Assembly (NCBI GenBank): GCA_964393715.1
Contig: CAYMVE010000004.1
Coordinates: forward strand, 1-35,539
Direction of reading: 5' to 3'
From: an uncultured Bacteroidales bacterium
GTDB taxonomy: Bacteria; Bacteroidota; Bacteroidia; Bacteroidales; JALTDM01
DNA length: 35,539 nucleotides
Under the pieces are notes generated by a model. That model was not told the origin of the DNA and made no database searches. It saw nothing but the letters and a program-made list of their open reading frames with translations. Below are positions 1 to 8,414 of this stretch, in pieces. How positions within the stretch are numbered: the stretch's first letter is position 1; the number at the start of each line of letters is the position of its first letter. The translations under genes and the position numbers were made by a program.

Positions 1-1
1 T

Positions 2-100
2 AATCAAATCATTTTAAGACCATCTTTGCCGCAAGGTGCTTATATGGTTAAAGTAACCGGGGAAGGTTGCAGTGTTGTTAAAAAGTTGATAATTCAATAG
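2..100 (+). CDS. 3' end of a T9SS type A C-terminal sorting domain protein (partial, runs off the window start)
   Basis: Frame 2 reads NQIILRPSLPQGAYMVKVTGEGCSVVKKLIIQ* (TAG 98-100), matching the LxxGxYxxK...KKxxx* pattern of Bacteroidota secretion signals. A terminator follows. Confidence 0.85.
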   Translation, partial: NQIILRPSLPQGAYMVKVTGEGCSVVKKLIIQ

Positions 101-112
101 GAAGTTTTACAT

Positions 113-145
113 AAAAGGAGGCGCCCAATAAGCGGCGCCTTTTTT
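113..145 (+). terminator. Rho-independent terminator
   Basis: AGGCGCC-caataagc-GGCGCCT hairpin followed by a T run, with an A run upstream. Confidence 0.8.
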
Positions 146-233
146 AGAATGTTTGGAAAGATTTTGGGGTGGATGATTTTGCCGTTTCTTATTTTTTACT
201 TTTCTTTGTGGCAAACAAATAAACACAAAAGTT

Positions 234-683
234 ATGAAAGCAATAAAAACAATTTTACTGGTAAGTTTTGCAGCATTGATGCTAGTGAATACCGGATGTA
301 AAAAGTATGAAGAAGGCCCGACTATTAGTTTTCGTTCCAAAAAAGCCAGAGTGGTAAACGACTGGAAAGTAGATAAAATTTTGGAAAACGGAAAAGAGGT
401 TACAGACGATAATTTGACTTTGTATTTCTATTTCAGGGATGATAATACGGGGAAGTCGGAACATATCATTTCTACGGTACTGGGAGATGTTACTTCAACA
501 GAGAATTTCAAGTGGGATTTTAACAGTGATAAAACCCAGTTGGTGGTTACTTGGCTGGATGATGACGGTAACGAAAGTACTACGGAAAAATACACCATAC
601 TAAAATTGTATGAGGACGAAATGTGGTGGGAATATAAACACGATGACGATACTTATGAGTATCATTTGATTCCGAAGAAATAG
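234..683 (+). CDS. Lipoprotein of unknown function, probably lipocalin-like beta-barrel
   Basis: 149 aa. Signal peptide II ending VNTG-C, followed by KKYEEG (charged, resembling a Bacteroidota lipoprotein export signal). Beta-strand-rich, acidic body with a WKV motif. Confidence 0.8.
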   Translation: MKAIKTILLVSFAALMLVNTGCKKYEEGPTISFRSKKARVVNDWKVDKILENGKEVTDDNLTLYFYFRDDNTGKSEHIISTVLGDVTSTENFKWDFNSDKTQLVVTWLDDDGNESTTEKYTILKLYEDEMWWEYKHDDDTYEYHLIPKK

Positions 684-705
684 TTTTTGAAACGAGATAG
701 AAAAG

Positions 706-737
706 AAAAAGGGCGTCCGATAAGGGGCGCCTTTTTT
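706..737. terminator. Rho-independent terminator, probably bidirectional
   Basis: AAAAAGGGCGTCC-gataa-GGGGCGCCTTTTTT, with an A run before and a T run after the stem. Confidence 0.8.
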
Positions 738-744
738 GTGAGCT

Positions 745-1026
745 CCATTTTAGCGTTTTTTTTACTTCAAAATTGTATAGCCTTTCTATTTTAATAGCGG
801 TATTTTTGACGACTGCTCTATAACATTGTCTTCAATGGTGTCGTAGTAATATCGGTAGTGGGGTAATTGCAAGATTCATGTACATCACCGTGTGCAAATA
901 GGTGTATGGGTGCCGGATTAATGTTTTCTTGTTCGTCGGCATCGATTTCGACATGTACGGTATTCCCTTGTTTTTCTTAGACTTTTTCCAGTGTAAAAAC
1001 TACATATAAACAGAAAAAAATTTCAT
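745..1026 (-). pseudogene. Possible decayed gene remnant
   Basis: A minus-strand TATCTTTG (1043-1050) precedes an ATG at 1026 that stops after 8 codons. Protein-like fragments continue in shifting frames (EKQGNTVHVEIDADEQENINPAPIHLFAHGDVHESCN / YYYDTIEDNV / YRAVVKNTAIKIERLYNFEV). No family recognised. Confidence 0.25.
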
Positions 1027-1042
1027 GGCTTGAAATTTTTTA

Positions 1043-1050
1043 CAAAGATA
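1043..1050 (-). promoter_or_regulatory. Bacteroidota sigma-A -7 element (TAnnTTTG), leftward
   Basis: CAAAGATA on + is TATCTTTG on -, 16 nt upstream of an ATG. Confidence 0.45.
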
Positions 1051-1123
1051 ATCGTTGTATATGATAGTTGAATCTACCAAAGAAGAAATCAAAAAATATA
1101 GGAGTTCATCCGGTTTTTTTGTA

Positions 1124-1131
1124 TATCTTTG
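1124..1131 (+). promoter_or_regulatory. Bacteroidota sigma-A -7 element (TAnnTTTG)
   Basis: TATCTTTG overlaps the TTG that the ORF track uses as start, so the real start is more likely ATG 1153. Confidence 0.65.
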
Positions 1132-1152
1132 CTTAAAATCAAATCTTTTAAT

Positions 1153-1752
1153 ATGAGAAAAAAGGTTTATTTACTGGCATTGATGCTTTTGTTACCTTAT
1201 TTTATGTGGCCGGTTTATGCCGGAGGTGACGGAGATGGTACTAAAATCGGAAACTTTCACAAGAGGGGGAGTCTATCGTTAGGGGTTTCTTCAGGATTTG
1301 TTATTGGCACAGGTTTTTCCGCCATGTATTTTCTGAGTGATAAATTAGCGCTGCAAGTTTCCGGATACGGTCCCAGAAAAAATGTTTATGACCATTACGA
1401 ATGTTGTTCTTACGACATGATTCTAGATGATGAACTGATCGGAGGTACCGTTTATTTTTATCCGAAAACCGACAAAGGGATGTTTATTTATTTAGGCGGG
1501 CGCTATCATAGCAAAAAAGTGCTTCATCGTAATTATGATTATTATTCCGGATATGGATATGAATATGAAAATACCGTTTTGAAAATCTCATTTAACTCAG
1601 GAGTGGGAGTTGGTTATTCCATTTATTTGGCCGATTTTGTCACTCTCAATTTGATGGCCGGCTATGCCTCATATTTTAAAAATTCCCAATTGGATATGTT
1701 ATTCTTTACAGTGGACGCTTCGTTGATGTTTTCTGTAAAATCAAAAAAGTAA
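1153..1752 (+). CDS. Outer-membrane beta-barrel protein of unknown function
   Basis: Signal peptide MRKKVYLLALMLLLPYFMWPVYA, then alternating Gly/aromatic amphipathic strands. Start moved from TTG 1129 to ATG 1153 because of the promoter position. Confidence 0.7.
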   Translation: MRKKVYLLALMLLLPYFMWPVYAGGDGDGTKIGNFHKRGSLSLGVSSGFVIGTGFSAMYFLSDKLALQVSGYGPRKNVYDHYECCSYDMILDDELIGGTVYFYPKTDKGMFIYLGGRYHSKKVLHRNYDYYSGYGYEYENTVLKISFNSGVGVGYSIYLADFVTLNLMAGYASYFKNSQLDMLFFTVDASLMFSVKSKK

Positions 1753-1758
1753 TGAGAT

Positions 1759-2253
1759 ATGAAAAATAAAAGATTATACACATTAATAATGTTACTATTT
1801 TTAGATTTTGCTTTGTGGGCGCAGGGCCCTGACCAACCCGTTGCGGAAAAACCAAAAAGTGTAAGTGCCGGAGCTTTTGGTGGTGGTGGGTACGGTATCG
1901 GATACCGTGTTTTTTTGAGTAAAAGAATAGCCGTAGAAGGCGTGTTGCTTCCACCGATTACTTTTAGCGATATAGATAATGCCGTTGCTTGCTTGGGGGT
2001 GCGAGGTCAATGGTTTTTTTCCGAAGAAAAGTATTTTAAACCTTATGTGTATTTGGGGACTTCCGCTATTTTTTCCATCAGCCGTACTCCCAGTTATGAA
2101 GCAGGATATGGTGGCGGTGTGGAGCTGAATTACAGCCGTTTTTTTGTAGATGTGAGTGTGGGGGACGTTATGTTTTTGCGTACTTCCTCTCCCGAGGATG
2201 AGCTGCATGTACGCTTCCCGATACCCGGACTCTCTTTTGGGTTTTATTTTTAG
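1759..2253 (+). CDS. Small outer-membrane beta-barrel protein of unknown function
   Basis: Signal peptide ending ALWA-Q, amphipathic strands, and a C-terminal beta-signal GLSFGFYF ending in Phe. Confidence 0.8.
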   Translation: MKNKRLYTLIMLLFLDFALWAQGPDQPVAEKPKSVSAGAFGGGGYGIGYRVFLSKRIAVEGVLLPPITFSDIDNAVACLGVRGQWFFSEEKYFKPYVYLGTSAIFSISRTPSYEAGYGGGVELNYSRFFVDVSVGDVMFLRTSSPEDELHVRFPIPGLSFGFYF

Positions 2254-2280
2254 TATTAGGATTATAAAGTTTTATGGGAG

Positions 2281-2317
2281 ATAATCCGGTTTTGATTTTA
2301 GGGCAAAGCCGGATTAT
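2281..2317. terminator. Long hairpin, possible terminator or RNA-stabilising stem
   Basis: ATAATCCGGTTTTG (2281-2294) pairs with CAAAGCCGGATTAT (2304-2317) with one G-U pair. No clear U tract. Confidence 0.4.
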
Positions 2318-2457
2318 TGCACCAGGAGCATTGAAATGCTGCCCTATCTTTCCAATATATTTCTTACATTGGAAAAAATACTTTGGAAATTTTAATTCCC
2401 TCACTTCCATTGCATACCTACATTTTGGTATTTTTTAGAATATTTAGATATGAAAAT

Positions 2458-2475
2458 TTGTGTTGTAAAACACAT
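2458..2475. promoter_or_regulatory. Palindromic operator candidate (TTGTG-N8-CACAT; Rex- or CRP/FNR-like spacing) upstream of the MBS-like operon
   Basis: TGTGTT-gtaa-AACACA at 2459-2474, about 20 nt upstream of an imperfect -7 box (TATATTTA, 2496-2503). Confidence 0.35.
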
Positions 2476-2531
2476 CGTCAATTTAACTAAACCATTATAT
2501 TTACGCCTGCAAAACAAATCGAAATTAAGAC

Positions 2532-3047
2532 ATGAAGAATAGTACATTTTCGTCGAAAGTGATGCACTTCTTCCTGAGTTGGGGGCTACTTTTCCTTGTT
2601 TGGTTGGCGTTTACCTCCACTACTCAGTCGCAAGAAGTGTTGGTTGGCGCAGGGGTGAGTATGCTTATTGCTTTGTTTACATTAAGGTTTTTTGATTGTT
2701 GTACTTTTTCGTTTTTATCTCCGGTAAGGCTGTTCAATGTGGTGTGGTACATTGTAGTGTTTATTATCGAGATGATAAAAGCGAACCTTGATGTAGCACG
2801 CAGAGTAATTGCTCCTTCGTTGCCCATTAATCCGGGAATTGTAAAAATTCAAACCCGGCTGAAATCCGATTATGCCAAAATGGTTTTGGCAAATAGTATT
2901 ACGCTTACACCCGGTACTTTGTCGGTGGATATAGTGGATGATTACATTTACATTCACTGGATAGATGTGAAAAGTACCGATCCGGAACAAGCATTTAAAG
3001 ACATTGCGGAAACATTTGAAAAAATCTTAATAAAAATCTTTGACTAA
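2532..3047 (+). CDS. mnhE: Mrp-type Na+/H+ antiporter subunit E (MbsA/MbxA of an MBS-like complex)
   Basis: PGIV and LANSITLTPGTLSVD motifs, YIHWID; first gene of the operon. Confidence 0.92.
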   Translation: MKNSTFSSKVMHFFLSWGLLFLVWLAFTSTTQSQEVLVGAGVSMLIALFTLRFFDCCTFSFLSPVRLFNVVWYIVVFIIEMIKANLDVARRVIAPSLPINPGIVKIQTRLKSDYAKMVLANSITLTPGTLSVDIVDDYIYIHWIDVKSTDPEQAFKDIAETFEKILIKIFD

Positions 3048-3316
3048 TGGAAGCATTTAAAGAATTAGCCATTTACATAGCATTTGGTTTTATCATCCTG
3101 GGGATGATATTTGCCTTTATCCGGTTTGTGAAGGGTTCTACGGCAGCAGACAGAACGGTTGCAGTTGATACTTTTACGACCATCGGTGTTGCGGGATTGG
3201 TTTTGTTGGGCTATCTGTTCCAACGCTTTATTTACATCGATGTGGCATTAGTGTATGGGGTACTTGGTTTTATAGGAGTATTGGTAATCGCAAGATATTT
3301 GGAGGACGCATTATGA
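3047..3316 (+). CDS. mnhF: Mrp subunit F (MbsB/MbxB)
   Basis: 89 aa, 3 TM; RFVKGSTAADRTVAVD, YIDVALVY and ARYL motifs; TAATG overlap with the upstream gene. Confidence 0.92.
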   Translation: MEAFKELAIYIAFGFIILGMIFAFIRFVKGSTAADRTVAVDTFTTIGVAGLVLLGYLFQRFIYIDVALVYGVLGFIGVLVIARYLEDAL

Positions 3317-3672
3317 TTCAGATATTGGAATTTATCGGTTTGGTGTTGATTATTATAGGTGCAGTTTTCCTGTTTTTGGGTGCACTTGGCATTTACAGAA
3401 TGCCCGATGTGTATAACAGGTTACAAGCCGGAACCAAGGCAACCACTTTGGGGGGGATGTCTCTAATTATAGGTGTAGGTCTTATCCAACCCGATTGGTT
3501 TTTTAAAACCCTGATTTTGGTTGTTTTTATAGCGCTTTCAAATCCTATTAGTTCACATGCTTTGGCAAGAAGTGCCTATAAGTCTAAAATCAAACCGTTT
3601 TTGAAAGGCGACGAAAACGAAATGGATGCTTATAAAGAAGTGGTTGAAAATAATAAAACTAAGGAGGCATAA
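3313..3672 (+). CDS. mnhG: Mrp subunit G (MbsC/MbxC)
   Basis: GIYRMPDVYNRLQAGTKATTLG and NPISSHALARSAY motifs; ATGA overlap. Confidence 0.93.
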   Translation: MIQILEFIGLVLIIIGAVFLFLGALGIYRMPDVYNRLQAGTKATTLGGMSLIIGVGLIQPDWFFKTLILVVFIALSNPISSHALARSAYKSKIKPFLKGDENEMDAYKEVVENNKTKEA

Positions 3673-3674
3673 AA

Positions 3675-3962
3675 ATGAGTATTCTACTGGTTAGTATCAT
3701 AATAATGGCCATTTTGCTTTTGGGGGCGGCTATTTATGCCGTTATCCAAAAGGATTTGCTTTATGCGGTGATTGCAACATCTATTATCAGTTTGATTTTA
3801 TCCATTATGTTCTATTTGTTGCAAGCTCCGGATGTGGCGCTTACCGAAGCGGCTATCGGTGTGGCTCTTACTACTATTATTTTTGTGATAACCATCCGGA
3901 ACACGGAAAGGTACGAAGATAAAAAGCATGTTAAGGTTGGAAATAAAATAATCAAAAAATGA
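3675..3962 (+). CDS. MbsD/MbhD-like subunit (DUF4040, MrpA C-terminal-like)
   Basis: 95 aa, 3 TM; LQAPDVALTEAAIG motif. Confidence 0.9.
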   Translation: MSILLVSIIIMAILLLGAAIYAVIQKDLLYAVIATSIISLILSIMFYLLQAPDVALTEAAIGVALTTIIFVITIRNTERYEDKKHVKVGNKIIKK

Positions 3963-4669
3963 AGAAGGTAATCGTTTTATTATTGCTTGCAGTTGTCGGG
4001 TATTATCTGGTAGATGTTTTTTCTCAAATATCATTTGGCGAAAACAGATATGAAGGTCAAAATGTAAGGGATTTCTACCTGGATAAATCTAAAAATGACT
4101 TGCAAGTTTCGAATAGTGTAACTGCCATTGTCGTAAACTTTAGAGGATTTGATACCTTGGGAGAAGTAACGGTTTTATTTTTGGCAGCTACGGCATTGGG
4201 AAGTATTTTGTACAGGCGTAGGGAGGATGCGCATGGTGGAGTGGTGCTTTTTAGTGCCAGTAGGATTGTAAGAGCCGGTTCGCATTTGTTGTTTGCTCCC
4301 ATATTGTTGCTGGGTGCTTATGTGTTTATACACGGCCATTTGTCACCTGGTGGAGGATTTCAAGGAGGTACCATTATAGCAACAGGATTTTTGCTGATGT
4401 TATTGGCTTATCATGATTACAAAGTTAGCCATGGTGTTTTGTCATGGGTAGAATCCTTGGCCGGTCTTACTTTTGTGTTTGCCGGTTTGGGCGGATTGAT
4501 TTTAGGCAAGACCTTTTTGGAAAATTTCCTGCCCGTTGGGACCATTAATTATTTGTTCAGCGGCGGTATTATTCCTATTATTTATATTGCTGTAGGGTTC
4601 AAAGTAGGGGCAGAATTGACGGGCGTACTTTATACTTTGTTGAATGAAAAAGAATATAAAAAACAATAA
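3959..4669 (+). CDS. mnhB: Mrp subunit B-like (MbsE; fused MbhE+MbhF equivalent)
   Basis: NSVTAIVVNFRGFDTLGEVTVLF and HGHLSPGGGFQGG motifs. Confidence 0.92.
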   Translation: MKKVIVLLLLAVVGYYLVDVFSQISFGENRYEGQNVRDFYLDKSKNDLQVSNSVTAIVVNFRGFDTLGEVTVLFLAATALGSILYRRREDAHGGVVLFSASRIVRAGSHLLFAPILLLGAYVFIHGHLSPGGGFQGGTIIATGFLLMLLAYHDYKVSHGVLSWVESLAGLTFVFAGLGGLILGKTFLENFLPVGTINYLFSGGIIPIIYIAVGFKVGAELTGVLYTLLNEKEYKKQ

Positions 4670-4672
4670 GTT

Positions 4673-5050
4673 ATGAATCTGGGAAATAATCTTGATATTT
4701 TGACCATTACCTTTTACGGGTCGGCAATACTGCTTATTCTTATAGGTTTGTATGCCGCACTGGTAAAAAGGTCTTTGATTAAAATCGTAATCGGATTGTC
4801 AATAATTGATTCCGGTGTGCATTTGTTGTTGGTATCCATAGGATATTTGCAAGGTGGTACGGCACCGATTTTTTCGCCGGCAGTTATTGACAAAAATCCG
4901 GTAATGGTTGACCCTGTACCGCAAGCACTTGTTCTTACGGCCATTGTTATTGGTTTTGCCGTAACAGCCGTTGCATTGGCATTGGTAATTAGACTTTACA
5001 GACATCATAAAACTGTTAATATTGACGAAATAAAGAATTTAAAATGGTAG
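4673..5050 (+). CDS. mnhC: Mrp subunit C / NuoK-like (MbsG)
   Basis: VDPVPQALVLTAIVIG motif; 3 TM. Confidence 0.93.
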   Translation: MNLGNNLDILTITFYGSAILLILIGLYAALVKRSLIKIVIGLSIIDSGVHLLLVSIGYLQGGTAPIFSPAVIDKNPVMVDPVPQALVLTAIVIGFAVTAVALALVIRLYRHHKTVNIDEIKNLKW

Positions 5051-6540
5051 GAACACCTGTACAACTGATAGCGATTCCGTTATTGGCAGCGTTTTTGATG
5101 CCGCTGCTCGGAAAAGCATGGAAAGAGTTAGTAAGAATAACTCCCGGTGTAGTATTAGTGTATTTGTTGTATTTATCGGTAAATTTGTTGAGCTACACCA
5201 TTGACAACGGAAGGATTGTGGAAATGATAGCCGGGTGGAGTCCACCTTGGGGAATCAATCTGGTATTTTCTCCTTTTAGCGGCTTTCTCGCCACACTGAT
5301 GCTTTTTATGGGGCTTATTGTGTGGATCTATTCTTACAGGTTCAAAAAAATTGAAGATTACGACGATTATGAACCGACTATCAAGTACTATTTGTTATTA
5401 ATGATGTTGATAACGGCATCCGTAGGAATAGTACTTACCGGTGATATCTTCAATTTGTTTGTATTCATAGAAATATTGGGTATTACCGCGTATGGCCTTA
5501 CAGCATTTTACCGAGGACGAGACGGTGCCGAAGCCGCTTTCAAGTATTTGTTTATCGGTTCGTTCTCTTCCGTATTGTTGTTGTTGGCCATTATGATTAT
5601 TTATTCCCAATTGGGCACCTTAAATATGGCTGATATTGCTCAGAAGGCCGGAGAATTGAAGCCGGTTTACAAAATATCGGCACTCGTATTATTTTTGGTT
5701 GCTTTGGGTATTGAGGCCGAAATGTTTCCCCTTAACGGATGGGCACCGGATGCTTATTCACAAGCTCCTGCACCGGTTGGTGCCGCTTTTGCCGGTGTTG
5801 TCGTAAAAGCCGGTCTTTACACAATTATCCGCCTGATATACACTTTGTTTGATGTGGGCGGTACTTACGAATACCTGATTGTCATGGGAATGGTGACAAT
5901 GGTCATTGCCGAATTTGCTGCTATCAGTCAAAACCGCCTGAAAAGAATGCTGGCTTATTCAAGTATCGGACAAATGGGACTGGTATTGGTAGCTTTCGGT
6001 ATTGGAAAAGAAGAAGGGGTATTTGCCGCTTTATTTCTGATGTTTAATCATGCTATCATAAAAGGGCTTTTGTTCCTCTCGGGAAGTTATTTGGTTTATC
6101 ATTCCAAAGATAAATATTTGTCGGAATTGAACGGTATCGGTAAGATTATGCCGCTTACCTCATTCTTGTTTGCGTTGGCCGCTTTTGCCATTGTAGGATT
6201 TCCGCCTTTTGCCGGATTTTGGAGTAAGTTGGCAGTATTAACTGCTGCGGCAGATTCGGGAATGCTGCTTATTGTTGGCTTAATTTTGTCGGTAAGTGTG
6301 ATTGAGGTGGTTTATTACCTGAGGGTAGTGAACCGAATTTATTTTGTAAAGAGGGAAACCGATGTGGAAATCCAAAAGCCGACACCTCAAGCAATGCTTT
6401 CTATGCTGGTACTTGGGGCAATTATTATTGCAGTAGGTTTTTATCCCGATGTTATTACGGGGATATTACACAAAGCCTCTGCTGCTTTATTGGATAAGAC
6501 AACTTATATAAATGAAGTATTAAGTCAAACCATAAATTAA
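5044..6540 (+). CDS. mnhD: Antiporter-like proton-translocating subunit, MrpD/NuoN-like (MbsH)
   Basis: GWSPPWGI, TGDIFNLFVFIE, WAPDAYSQAP, LKRMLAYSSIGQMG and GFPPFAGFWSK motifs. Confidence 0.9.
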   Translation: MVGTPVQLIAIPLLAAFLMPLLGKAWKELVRITPGVVLVYLLYLSVNLLSYTIDNGRIVEMIAGWSPPWGINLVFSPFSGFLATLMLFMGLIVWIYSYRFKKIEDYDDYEPTIKYYLLLMMLITASVGIVLTGDIFNLFVFIEILGITAYGLTAFYRGRDGAEAAFKYLFIGSFSSVLLLLAIMIIYSQLGTLNMADIAQKAGELKPVYKISALVLFLVALGIEAEMFPLNGWAPDAYSQAPAPVGAAFAGVVVKAGLYTIIRLIYTLFDVGGTYEYLIVMGMVTMVIAEFAAISQNRLKRMLAYSSIGQMGLVLVAFGIGKEEGVFAALFLMFNHAIIKGLLFLSGSYLVYHSKDKYLSELNGIGKIMPLTSFLFALAAFAIVGFPPFAGFWSKLAVLTAAADSGMLLIVGLILSVSVIEVVYYLRVVNRIYFVKRETDVEIQKPTPQAMLSMLVLGAIIIAVGFYPDVITGILHKASAALLDKTTYINEVLSQTIN

Positions 6541-6547
6541 AAAAGAT

Positions 6548-8398
6548 ATGAATATCATACACATAACCTTGGGAATATTGCTCGGCGGTGCGGTGCTTAC
6601 CTATTTTGCCCATAAGATTTCCGGTATTTTGAGAGATATTGTCTTTGCCGGTTCTCTTATTGTGGCAACTGTATTGTTTTTTATGCAAATAGCACCCGAT
6701 ACCGTAGCCAATTTTAGTTTGGGCGGTTGGCAACTCTTATTGAGTTTGTCCCATTTCGGATTGTTGTTTTCCTTTATCATATTGGGGCTGGGGGTGTTGG
6801 CAGGCATCTATGCCATTCCTTATATGAAAGATAAAGAAAATCTGGGGTTTTTTTACATGAATTTCTTACTCAGTATCTTCGGAATGCTGGGGATTGTGAT
6901 GGCACAAGATCTGGTTTCCTTTTTTATTTTTTGGGAAATAATGACTTGGTCATCTTACTTACTGGTAGTCTATAACGGTAATGATACCAACAAGATAGGT
7001 ATAAAATACATCGTGTTTAGTGCCATCGGGGCTTATTCGATGCTAACGGCTATCGTAATGATATATTCGCAACTACATAGCTTTAATTGGAGCATTTTGT
7101 TTACTCAATTTACAACTATGCCGGTTGCCTATCAAGTAACGGTAGCAGTACTTTTCACCATAGGATTTGGAGTAAAGGCGGCTATGATGCCTTTGCATGT
7201 ATGGGCACCGGATGCTTACAGTAATGCTCCCATGGCGTTTACTTCCGTGTTTTCCGGGGCACTCTCCAAAATGGGGGTGTACGGGTTGGTATTGGTTTTT
7301 GTAACCATGGTATCTTACTTGCCGGAAAATTTGCTGTTTAGAGAAATTATAGCATGGTTAGGAGCCATTACGGCTGTTATGGGTACCTTGTGGGCTATTT
7401 TCCAGGATGATGCGAAAAAGTTGTTGGCTTATTCTTCGGTGGCTCAGTTAGGGTATATCATTGCCGGTGTAGCTATTGGTACCGAATTGGCTATGATGGC
7501 GGCTTTGTTTTTAGCCGTAATGCACGGAATTTTCAAAGGTACTTTGTTTATGGCTATTGGTGCCGTAGAAAAGCAAGTAGGAACGACCGACCTGACTGTA
7601 CTAACCGGTCTTATCCGAAAAATGCCGCTTACTTTTATTGCTACATTATTGTCGATTATTGCATTAGCCGGCGTTCCGCCTCTTGCCGGTTTTGTTGGTA
7701 AGTGGATGTTGTACGAAGCCATGATTGCTAACGGAAATTATATTCTGGTTATTTTGATATTCTTTTCCAGTACGGCCGCATTTTTGTATTCTTACAAGAT
7801 TTTGTACGGTATCTTTTTAGGACAAGAAGAACCGGAATTTAAAGATGTGAAAGAAGCACCTGCCTTGATGGTAATTCCTATGTTGGTGTTGGCAGCTCTG
7901 CTTTTCTTCTTCGGTTCTTTCCCGGGATATCTTTTGAAATACATTGATAATGCTTTGGTTACCATGGGCTATCCGGTGAGTGAAGGCAAATGGTGGAAAA
8001 TGTCCACCTTGTTTAATGATTGGGGCAACAAAGTAAGCTTGGATTTGGTTTTATATGCTGTTATTACGGTTTTCATTACTCTGGTGGTAATATTGTTTTT
8101 CAGGTGGAAGAATACCCGTTATGTTTCTACAAAAGATATCAGTCTTTCCGGTGAAATGCCGAAAGAAGATGAGAATTACAGTTTCAAATTAGACTTTTTC
8201 AAGCCGTTTGAAAGAGCGGTTTCGCCCTTATTGAGATATAAAATTGAAACTTATTACAACGGATTGGCTTCGGGATTAGAAGCTTTCTTTGATTTTGTAA
8301 GAAGAATTTATAACGGGAATGCACAAATTTATGCCATTTATGTGATTACATTTTTGGTAATATTATTATTGGTTGCAAATCATATTTTTACTGTTTAA
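6548..8398 (+). CDS. Second antiporter-like subunit with C-terminal extension, NuoL/M/MrpA-like (MbsH')
   Basis: FFIFWE, KAAMMPLHVWAPDAY, KKLLAYSSVAQLGY and GVPPLAGFVGKW motifs. The long C-terminal amphipathic segment plus final TM resembles a lateral helix. Confidence 0.9.
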   Translation: MNIIHITLGILLGGAVLTYFAHKISGILRDIVFAGSLIVATVLFFMQIAPDTVANFSLGGWQLLLSLSHFGLLFSFIILGLGVLAGIYAIPYMKDKENLGFFYMNFLLSIFGMLGIVMAQDLVSFFIFWEIMTWSSYLLVVYNGNDTNKIGIKYIVFSAIGAYSMLTAIVMIYSQLHSFNWSILFTQFTTMPVAYQVTVAVLFTIGFGVKAAMMPLHVWAPDAYSNAPMAFTSVFSGALSKMGVYGLVLVFVTMVSYLPENLLFREIIAWLGAITAVMGTLWAIFQDDAKKLLAYSSVAQLGYIIAGVAIGTELAMMAALFLAVMHGIFKGTLFMAIGAVEKQVGTTDLTVLTGLIRKMPLTFIATLLSIIALAGVPPLAGFVGKWMLYEAMIANGNYILVILIFFSSTAAFLYSYKILYGIFLGQEEPEFKDVKEAPALMVIPMLVLAALLFFFGSFPGYLLKYIDNALVTMGYPVSEGKWWKMSTLFNDWGNKVSLDLVLYAVITVFITLVVILFFRWKNTRYVSTKDISLSGEMPKEDENYSFKLDFFKPFERAVSPLLRYKIETYYNGLASGLEAFFDFVRRIYNGNAQIYAIYVITFLVILLLVANHIFTV

Positions 8399-8414
8399 AT
8401 AATAAGTTGGAGTT

